Origin: a virus
IMG/VR virus record: IMGVR_UViG_3300050498_000393
Reading direction: 5' to 3' (one strand)
Length of the DNA: 64,000 nt
This document shows, piece after piece, positions 22,977 to 29,396 of the stretch (position 1 is its first letter; each line of letters begins with the position of its first letter). The notes under the pieces are model-generated. The model was not told where the DNA came from. It made no database searches and was given only the letters and a program-made list of their open reading frames with translations. A program made the translations under genes and the position numbers.

Positions 22977-23642
22977 CTACACACCTTGACCCACCTCCAG
23001 CGCCCTGAGCGACCCGGCCAGCGCCCGCCGCAGCTCCGCCTCGGCCTCAGGCGGCAGTTTCGCGGCCCCGAGCGCCTCGTTGAACACACGGACCACGACG
23101 GCTGCCTGGACCTCCTGAACCGCGGCCATGCGCTCCGCTACGCCCGCGTCGACCGCCATCTTGGCAAACTTGGCCGTCCGGTCCATGGCCACCGTGTACG
23201 CCCTGAGCCAGCGGGACGGCTGACTGTCCGGATCCTCGAGCTCCGCGGGGTCCCAGAGCTGGGTCGTCAGCTGCTGGAACCAGTACTCCTGAATGCCGGC
23301 TGACCTGCGGACACACGTCTGCAGGGCCTCCCACGGGGAGACGTCGAGCTCCGCCGCGATCGAGTGTGTCACCATCCAGGCCGCCTCCGCCCTGCCCTCG
23401 CGCGTCGCTCCCCCGTGCCGACGACAACGCCCCACCCCGGGATGACTCGTTCCCGTACCGGCCAGCATATCGCAGCGTCGCTCGGGATCTCTCCAGAGCG
23501 GTGCCAGGCAGAGCCGGCCCGCGTCCGCTACCCACGGCAGGTCGTCCTCCCACACGAGCCTCGGCGGCGCCACCCACGACCGCTCGGCCCGTGCCCGACC
23601 CCGGGCGATCGCCCGATCTTCCCGATCCACCATCCTCGACAT
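22977..23642 (-). CDS. DNA-binding protein with CxxHGG motif, possible terminase small subunit
   Basis: First gene of the leftward operon. The GVGRCRRHGGATREG motif is seen in some actinophage small-terminase-like proteins. Helical C-terminus. Assignment tentative. Confidence 0.35.
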   Translation of the reverse strand: MSRMVDREDRAIARGRARAERSWVAPPRLVWEDDLPWVADAGRLCLAPLWRDPERRCDMLAGTGTSHPGVGRCRRHGGATREGRAEAAWMVTHSIAAELDVSPWEALQTCVRRSAGIQEYWFQQLTTQLWDPAELEDPDSQPSRWLRAYTVAMDRTAKFAKMAVDAGVAERMAAVQEVQAAVVVRVFNEALGAAKLPPEAEAELRRALAGSLRALEVGQGV

Positions 23643-23653
23643 CCTTGATCCGC

Positions 23654-23941
23654 TGTTACAAGGTACAAGAAGTTTCGTGCATGTTTTCTATAGAGGCTCT
23701 ACCGCATCAACATACGATTATAAAGTGAAGTTGTTTGCACGTGCGAGCGCTCGAGCGCGTTAGAGGTAGCTGGTAGTAGTTTCTTGTTACTTGTAACAGA
23801 TCTAGAAAAATATACTATGAAAATCGACTACAACCCCAGAGAGAAGACTGTTACAAGAAGCCGTTACATCACCGTCTCTCTGTTGTTACAGCGAACAAGT
23901 CTGATGTGAGATCTGTTACATCAACGTCGGCTCAATGTAAC
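23654..23941. repeat. AT-rich region with at least 9 copies of (T)GTTAC(A) (iteron/origin-like)
   Basis: Copies at 23654, 23784, 23792 (inverted), 23849, 23862, 23884, 23914 and 23936 (inverted), plus GGTACAAG at 23662. Includes the palindrome TGTTAC-TT-GTAACA. Confidence 0.6.
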
Positions 23942-26334
23942 GGCTCCCCGTGCGTCCAACCGTGCACCTCAGTGACTAATTTCAGGCCCGTGTAACCTCG
24001 TCGTAGTGCGCCGCCCTCGCGGCGCAGGTACCGGCCCAGGCCATGCGCCACGACGTCCCGACCGAAGTGCCGTCGCTCCAGCCGGTCGGCGGCCCGCACC
24101 CCCGCCAGCGCGCACCACATCACGTACGCGCCGTAGAGCTGGTCCGTGGTCACCGTGTCGCCGTCCGCGCCCGTGATCACGCACCGCTCCGCGAGGAACG
24201 TGCCGACCAGGTCCTCCTCGTCGCGCAGCTCCCGGGTCGCCGCCAGCACGGTGTCGGGCGCGCCCAGCGACCCGATCCGCTGCCAGTCGCGCAGGCCCTC
24301 CAGCGCCCAGTTCAGTATCCCGGCCGCCTCCTCCTCGTACAGCAGCCGCCCGTAGTCCGCGATTCGCCGCTGGCCGTCCACGACCGCCGTGAAATTGACC
24401 CGGTGCAACCGGCGCCAGGTGGCGTCGCTGGAGTCCCGCACCGCCGGGTGGTTGTTCCCCGCGATCCACAGCTTGAGCTGGGCGTCGAACTCGAAGAAGT
24501 CCCGGTTCATCCGGCGCGCCTTGACGCGCCGCGACCCGGTGAGCTGCTTCACGCGCTCGACGTTCAGCGGCCGGCCCTGCCGGGCCTCGTCCACGAACAC
24601 CAGCCGCGCGCCGGCGAGGTCCGCGAGGATCGTTGGGTGCTGCTCGTCGCCCCCCGTGAGCAGGGCCGACGTGCCGGTCTGCGCGTAGTCGCCGAGCAGC
24701 TCCAGCAGCGGCTCGATGAACGCGTTCTTCCCGTTCGCGCCCGGGCCCTCCAGCAGGAAGAACGCCTGCTCGAGGGTGGAGCCCGTCAGGGTGTAGCCCA
24801 CCGCCCGCCGCAGGTACGCGGCCAGCGCCGCGTCGCCGCGGGTCACGAACCGGACGTGCTCCCGCCAGCGTGGGCAGTCCGCGCCCGGGTCGTACGAGAC
24901 GTTCGCCCGGCGCGTGCAGAGGTCCTCCCGCCCGCTGGCCCGCAGCGTCCCGTCGCGCAGGTCCAGGGTGCCGTTCCGGACGACCAGTAGCCACGGGTCC
25001 CGGTCCAGGTCCGCGACGCGCACGGCCACCGGGTCCTCCGCCGCGGCGGCCTCCAACACCGCGCGGCGTCCCCGCACGGACTCCGTCGCGCGCACCCACG
25101 CCACGTGTCGGTTGCGCTGGTCCTCGTCCACCGCGAGGACCTCCGCGCGTAGGTCGTTGATGACGGCCTTCGTCCACTCGGTGACCCGGTTCAGGTCGTC
25201 CGGCGCCCAGCGGGTGCCGTCCCACAGCAGCCAGCGGCGGGTCTCGGTCACGTACCGCGCCCGGTCGCCGAGCAGCCGCACGAACCGCAGGCCGTTGCCC
25301 GTGTCGCTCAGCGGCTCGCCGTGCTCCCAGCCGGTGACCGCCACCCCGCCGATCGGCCGGTGGCCGTTGGCACTCTCGCCCGCGCCCGTGCCGTCGCCAC
25401 CCGGACCCGCGGCGCGCGCCCAGGCCGGCAGCTCGAGGGGGTTCGGCTCCACCTCCCGCCAGACGCGGTCGGCCTTATAGGCGGCGTGCTCCCACGGCAT
25501 CTCGTAGCGGGCCTCCGGGGGCTGCGCGACGCGAGTCCACGCCCGGAACACCGCCTCGTCGTACCGCTCCCGGTCCACGCCCCGTCGCCGCAGCCGGAAG
25601 CATAGATCGTTGATGAAGTAGTCCCGGTGGCCGTCCGGGCAACCGTCCCGCTGGAACGCCGCGAAGTCGTAGTCCTCGCCGGGTCCGCCGCCGGCGCCCC
25701 CGCCGAACCCGCGCCGCCGGCGCGACGTCAGCCAGGCCAGCGCGTCCGCGGGCAGCTCGGCGAGCGCCGGCACCTCGCCCGGCGCGACGCCGAGCCACTC
25801 GCGGCCGTCCTGCCCGCCGACCGCGCCGACGTACCCGGCCTCCGCCTTGACGTCAGCGCCGTCCGCGAAGCGTCCCGACGTCACCGCCGGTGCCCCGGGC
25901 GGTAACCGGTAGTACAGGTGCCGGCCGCCGGACACCGACCGCGCCGTTGCCGTGACCGGCAGCGCCGCGCAGCTCGTCAGCTCCTCCCAGCGGTCGATCA
26001 CGTCCAGGTGGTCGTGCTCGACGTCCAGGACGACCAGGCCCGAGGCGTGCCCGGTCCGGATCGCCAGCTTGCCCGCCGGCCGCGCGCGTAACATCTGGTC
26101 CAGGCGGTCCGGGTCGGTCGTCGCGGCGTGGAAGCCGTGGCACAGTAGGTGGCCGCAGGTCGCCGGGTCGTGGTGGGGCACCGCGGGCGGATCCGGGCGG
26201 CACGACTCACAGTTGCGGAACGGCACCTTCCCGCCGATCGAGTCCGTCGCGAGGAGGAACACCCGCCAGCCGCGCGTCACGTACCGGGCCGCCCAGTCCC
26301 GGAGCTCGCCGGGTTGTGGTAGGGTAGCTGTCAC
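23932..26334 (-). CDS. bifunctional DNA primase-polymerase / SF3 helicase (P4/D5-like)
   Basis: N-terminal prim-pol pattern (YVTRGWRVFLL..GFHAATTD..GLVVLDVEHD). C-terminal Walker A LEGPGANGKN and Walker B LVFVDEA. Confidence 0.8.
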   Translation of the reverse strand: MTATLPQPGELRDWAARYVTRGWRVFLLATDSIGGKVPFRNCESCRPDPPAVPHHDPATCGHLLCHGFHAATTDPDRLDQMLRARPAGKLAIRTGHASGLVVLDVEHDHLDVIDRWEELTSCAALPVTATARSVSGGRHLYYRLPPGAPAVTSGRFADGADVKAEAGYVGAVGGQDGREWLGVAPGEVPALAELPADALAWLTSRRRRGFGGGAGGGPGEDYDFAAFQRDGCPDGHRDYFINDLCFRLRRRGVDRERYDEAVFRAWTRVAQPPEARYEMPWEHAAYKADRVWREVEPNPLELPAWARAAGPGGDGTGAGESANGHRPIGGVAVTGWEHGEPLSDTGNGLRFVRLLGDRARYVTETRRWLLWDGTRWAPDDLNRVTEWTKAVINDLRAEVLAVDEDQRNRHVAWVRATESVRGRRAVLEAAAAEDPVAVRVADLDRDPWLLVVRNGTLDLRDGTLRASGREDLCTRRANVSYDPGADCPRWREHVRFVTRGDAALAAYLRRAVGYTLTGSTLEQAFFLLEGPGANGKNAFIEPLLELLGDYAQTGTSALLTGGDEQHPTILADLAGARLVFVDEARQGRPLNVERVKQLTGSRRVKARRMNRDFFEFDAQLKLWIAGNNHPAVRDSSDATWRRLHRVNFTAVVDGQRRIADYGRLLYEEEAAGILNWALEGLRDWQRIGSLGAPDTVLAATRELRDEEDLVGTFLAERCVITGADGDTVTTDQLYGAYVMWCALAGVRAADRLERRHFGRDVVAHGLGRYLRREGGALRRGYTGLKLVTEVHGWTHGEPLH

Positions 26335-26357
26335 CGGATCTCCTATTCGTTTGTGAC

Positions 26358-26391
26358 GCGGGTGCCCTGGCCGGTCAGCGGGGGCACCCGC
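26358..26391. promoter_or_regulatory. perfect 10-bp stem-loop in the divergent control region
   Basis: GCGGGTGCCC-N14-GGGCACCCGC. The nearby palindrome CCGTAG-C-CTACGG lies at 26414-26426. Confidence 0.45.
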
Positions 26392-26437
26392 GGAGTATCT
26401 GCTAGACCAGCTACCGTAGCCTACGGATCATCTCCCG

Positions 26438-26489
26438 TGATATAGTGTCGACGGGCCCCGCGGGGTCCTAGACCGAGGGAGATGGAGAG
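26438..26489 (+). promoter_or_regulatory. extended -10 promoter (TGATATAGT), hairpin and TAGACCGAGGGAG leader of the rightward early operon
   Basis: TGATATAGTGTCGACGGGCCCCGCGGGGTCCTAGACCGAGGGAGATGGAGAG-ATG. Confidence 0.5.
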
Positions 26490-26912
26490 ATGGAACCCAC
26501 GCTTACGGAGGGTATGTACACCCGCCGACTGGCGGACGCGAACGGCGAGACGGTCGTCGTCACGGCCGAGTTTCTCGGCTTCGCCACGTCCCGCCGGAAC
26601 CACCACCGGCACCCGGATAAGTACGCGACCCCGGACGAGTTGTGCCGCGCGTGCCGCTGGTTCGAGGTGACCCTGTACCGTGCCGTCACCGGCGACTACC
26701 TGGTGCACACCGTGGGGCGCAGCGACGTGCCCGGCGAGGTGGACCTGTCGCGCGTCCGGCGCACCGAGAGCCCGTACGAGGTCGTCGAGATCCTCACCCA
26801 GTACCGTGACGGCCACGCCCGGATGCCGCGATCCAGCGCGCTGGCCCTGTCCCGCGCCGCGAACCGCGACGACGGCATCCGCGACGCGTACGTGAACCGG
26901 GCGGTGGCGTAG
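26490..26912 (+). CDS. hypothetical early protein (140 aa)
   Basis: ATG ORF with an SD. First gene after the promoter. Confidence 0.7.
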   Translation: MEPTLTEGMYTRRLADANGETVVVTAEFLGFATSRRNHHRHPDKYATPDELCRACRWFEVTLYRAVTGDYLVHTVGRSDVPGEVDLSRVRRTESPYEVVEILTQYRDGHARMPRSSALALSRAANRDDGIRDAYVNRAVA

Positions 26913-27019
26913 TGGACGTCGTGACCGGTGCGCTGATCGCGTTGTTCATCGGCGGCGTCGTTGCCACCGTGGGGTTGATCGCCTACACGATCTTCGAGAT
27001 CTGGTGGTCGGAGCGGTGA
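26912..27019 (+). CDS. tiny membrane protein (35 aa)
   Basis: Hand-found GTG ORF overlapping the TAG. VDVVTGALIALFIGGVVATVGLIAYTIFEIWWSER. Confidence 0.45.
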   Translation: MDVVTGALIALFIGGVVATVGLIAYTIFEIWWSER

Positions 27020-27366
27020 GCTCGCTTCGACTCTGGCTGGCCAACCGACTCTATGACTGGCATCTTCGCCTACTGTCGCACGGTCCTGAGATCGCCGGCT
27101 ACACGCGGGGCGAGCGGAGTTACGCGACGGTCGGGATCAACGAACCCGAGCCACTACGTCATCGAGATCAGGTACGACTCGATCGACCGATCGTGGTTCT
27201 CACGATCGACTCGCTGGAGGTGGGTCGACCGATTCGCATGGTGATGTCGCCGGCACAGGCCACGGCGTTGTTCCGCGTCGGCCTCGACTTCGTCGAGCGG
27301 CAGTGTGAGTTGTTCGGCGACGTCGACCCGCGCGACTACGATGTTCGTCAGATACGGGTGGACTGA
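27016..27366 (+). CDS. hypothetical protein (116 aa)
   Basis: Track ORF trimmed to the GTG at 27016 (GTGA overlap). Confidence 0.6.
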   Translation: MSSLRLWLANRLYDWHLRLLSHGPEIAGYTRGERSYATVGINEPEPLRHRDQVRLDRPIVVLTIDSLEVGRPIRMVMSPAQATALFRVGLDFVERQCELFGDVDPRDYDVRQIRVD

Positions 27367-27367
27367 G

Positions 27368-27466
27368 GTGCTAACCTACGTGGGCGCCGGCCTGTTCGTG
27401 CTGTTCATCACGGTGGTCGTCGGCATCATACTGTGGAGTTTGTGGAAGTCGATCTCGGGGAGGTGA
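27368..27466 (+). CDS. tiny membrane protein (32 aa)
   Basis: Hand-found ORF, VLTYVGAGLFVLFITVVVGIILWSLWKSISGR. Confidence 0.45.
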   Translation: MLTYVGAGLFVLFITVVVGIILWSLWKSISGR

Positions 27467-27467
27467 T

Positions 27468-27725
27468 GTGTACACCCGCAACCAGCTGCGTAAGCGCATC
27501 GCCCGCCGGTTCTGCCGGCGGGGCGGCGTCGACGCCTGCCAGCAGATGCCGTGTGAGCTCGGCCTCGCCGCGGCCGACGCCGCGCTCGAGGTACTCGCCG
27601 AGCTGCACCCTAACGACGTGCTCGACGCGCTGCGCGAGTCGGCGCCGGCCGACTCGCGCTACGACCCAACGAACGGCGTACTCCTACAACCCGGGCGGGT
27701 GCGGCGGCGCATCGACCCGACCTGA
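27468..27725 (+). CDS. hypothetical basic protein (85 aa)
   Basis: GTG ORF in the track, tightly packed with its neighbours. Confidence 0.55.
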   Translation: MYTRNQLRKRIARRFCRRGGVDACQQMPCELGLAAADAALEVLAELHPNDVLDALRESAPADSRYDPTNGVLLQPGRVRRRIDPT

Positions 27726-27760
27726 TATAATCTCACTAAGACCGTAGACGAGGAGGAACG
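27723..27760 (+). promoter_or_regulatory. extended -10 promoter TGATATAAT plus CCGTAGACGAGGAGG leader
   Basis: CCTGATATAATCTCACTAAGACCGTAGACGAGGAGGAACG-ATG. Confidence 0.55.
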
Positions 27761-27946
27761 ATGGAGGTCACACTCAAGATCAAGCTGCGTCGGTACGGCC
27801 CTGAGAGTGATCCACACGACGTCGCCGAGGCAATCATTGACGCGATGTTGCCGCGACGTGGCGGCGTCATTACGACACCACGAACGGTGAATCCTACGTT
27901 TTACGAGATACGTGATGTCGATGTCGTGGAGGTGCGCGGTGAGTAG
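27761..27946 (+). CDS. hypothetical protein (61 aa)
   Basis: ATG with a strong GAGGAGG SD. Confidence 0.65.
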   Translation: MEVTLKIKLRRYGPESDPHDVAEAIIDAMLPRRGGVITTPRTVNPTFYEIRDVDVVEVRGE

Positions 27947-28022
27947 GTTCCTGGTCGTAGCGACGCTCGGCGTCGCTGGCTGGCTGTTCTGGCTAACGTG
28001 GGGTGCGGAGGTGCTGTGGTGA
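27939..28022 (+). CDS. tiny membrane protein (27 aa)
   Basis: Hand-found ORF, VSRFLVVATLGVAGWLFWLTWGAEVLW. Confidence 0.4.
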   Translation: MSRFLVVATLGVAGWLFWLTWGAEVLW

Positions 28023-28324
28023 GCGAGCGTACCGACTACCTCTACGCGTGTCTGCAGCAGTCACTCGTTCGTGCCGAGCACTATCGTGCCCTGGTGGCCG
28101 CGCGCGAGAGGCAGATCCGCGATAGCAACGACGTGAGTCGTCGCTCGCGGTCGGGTACCGACCTGGATCTGACCGTCTTCAATGACGAGTACTTCCGGGC
28201 ACACCGCGCCGACGAGACGTACCACCGCGGCTGGGCAAACACGTACGCCCAGCTCTACCGGGCGCAGGTCATGCGTGAGGTCGAACTGGCCAACCGGCTG
28301 GTTGCACCCGACGACTCGACATGA
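28019..28324 (+). CDS. hypothetical protein (101 aa)
   Basis: Track ORF trimmed to the GTG at 28019 (GTGA overlap). Confidence 0.6.
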   Translation: MSERTDYLYACLQQSLVRAEHYRALVAARERQIRDSNDVSRRSRSGTDLDLTVFNDEYFRAHRADETYHRGWANTYAQLYRAQVMREVELANRLVAPDDST

Positions 28325-28330
28325 TATGAT
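28322..28330 (+). promoter_or_regulatory. extended -10 promoter TGATATGAT
   Basis: Overlaps the stop of the 28019 gene and points into the 200-bp non-coding region. Confidence 0.4.
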
Positions 28331-28405
28331 CACAGCAGCAAGATAAGCGGAAGTCGCCCCGTGGGTGCCGATGTAGGATCTCCGCCCGCGGGGTAGACCC
28401 CCCGA

Positions 28406-28470
28406 GGACCCGTCCGTACCGGGCCATCGCCGTGTTGGTCGGACTGCAGGTTCAAGGCCTGCCGGGTCCA
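28406..28470 (+). ncRNA. tRNA-like minihelix element (acceptor stem + T-arm, no D-arm or anticodon loop)
   Basis: GGACCCG (28406-12) pairs perfectly with CGGGTCC (28463-69). T-arm is GCAGG-TTCAAGG-CCTGC (28446-62), followed by discriminator A. The inner 33 nt form one rod-like hairpin. At 65 nt it is too short for a real tRNA. Confidence 0.35.
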
Positions 28471-28526
28471 CTCGCGTAGCTCGATCGAGCGATCGGGCGT
28501 GATGCGAACACAGAGAGATCGATAGG

Positions 28527-29219
28527 ATGCGCACAGAGAAGCGCACGACCGACGGCCGCGAGATCATCGCACGGGAACCGGCATACGCCCCGCACCCGCA
28601 CCCGAGGCACAACGGCAAATTGGTTCAGGTCGCCGGTGTCACCAAGATCTTGTTGGATGACGGCAGCGAGCAACACGAGTGCGATCAGTGTGGCAAGGTG
28701 TTCAAAACCGCAACTTCGGCGGTCGCTCACCTACCCTCGCACGGTGATCACAAGCCACAGTACCCGCTCGACGTTCTCCGACAGGTGATCCGTGAGGTGC
28801 TGCTAGCTAAGCGCGCGGGTGGTAAAGACTTCTGCGCGAGGGCCGCCGAGAAGCTCAACGCGGCGCAGGTACCGACGGCGCAGGGCAAGCCCTGGTCGGG
28901 GGTAGGTGTGTCATATCTCTACAACCGCTATAAGAACGAGGTGCGCGTGCGAGTGTCCGGTGGTCGTGAGGTCAAGCCAGTTTCGGCGCCGCCGAATCAA
29001 CGGACAGCGTCAACAAGTGATGTGAACACAGACATCGCCGATCAAGTCGCCCGCATCAAGCTGGCGTTGGATCAGGTGTGTGGTCAACTGGGTGACCTGG
29101 GTGAGGCCATCGCCCGCGTAGGCCAGGCCATCGCGGCGTTGCCCGCGATCGACTCGCAGGCCATCGAGGACGCGCGCCGGTTCCGCGAGCTGCAAAAGCT
29201 CATGGGCGGTGGCTCGTGA
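28527..29219 (+). CDS. C2H2 zinc-finger protein with coiled-coil C-terminus (230 aa)
   Basis: CDQCGKVFKTATSAVAHLPSH is a C-x2-C-x12-H-x4-H finger. Confidence 0.65.
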   Translation: MRTEKRTTDGREIIAREPAYAPHPHPRHNGKLVQVAGVTKILLDDGSEQHECDQCGKVFKTATSAVAHLPSHGDHKPQYPLDVLRQVIREVLLAKRAGGKDFCARAAEKLNAAQVPTAQGKPWSGVGVSYLYNRYKNEVRVRVSGGREVKPVSAPPNQRTASTSDVNTDIADQVARIKLALDQVCGQLGDLGEAIARVGQAIAALPAIDSQAIEDARRFRELQKLMGGGS

Positions 29220-29389
29220 GCAAGCTGTTCCCGTGTCAACTCGGCGTCTGTCAGACGTACGTGCAGGCCAACTTTCGAGACACCACGTTGGTGTCGGTCC
29301 ACGTGCACCACACCCACCCGACGTGCGCGTTCGGTGTGGACGTGATCGACCTCAAGACGTGGTACCGTCGGATCGCCAAGCGAAAGTGA
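29216..29389 (+). CDS. small Cys/His-rich protein (57 aa)
   Basis: Hand-found GTG ORF (GTGA overlap): VSKLFPCQLGVCQTY..VHVHHTHPTC... Replaces the implausible track ORF 29209..29403. Confidence 0.5.
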   Translation: MSKLFPCQLGVCQTYVQANFRDTTLVSVHVHHTHPTCAFGVDVIDLKTWYRRIAKRK

Positions 29390-29396
29390 GACCCGG

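Noticed and set aside
23654-23941. CRISPR array or mobile-element terminal repeats as an explanation for the GTTAC repeats.
   Set aside because: The repeat units are only 6-7 bp, irregularly spaced and in both orientations. There are no spacers of uniform length, no cas genes or transposase, and no target-site duplications.
28406-28470. Calling the 65-nt element a genuine tRNA gene.
   Set aside because: It is too short, lacks a D-arm and has no 7-nt anticodon loop with U33. Only the acceptor/T-arm half is canonical.
28061-28618. 185-aa minus-strand ORF spanning the non-coding region.
   Set aside because: It is antisense to the plus-strand operon, has a Cys/Arg/Gly-rich composition and no SD. 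It overlaps two plus-strand genes and the promoter/tRNA-like element.
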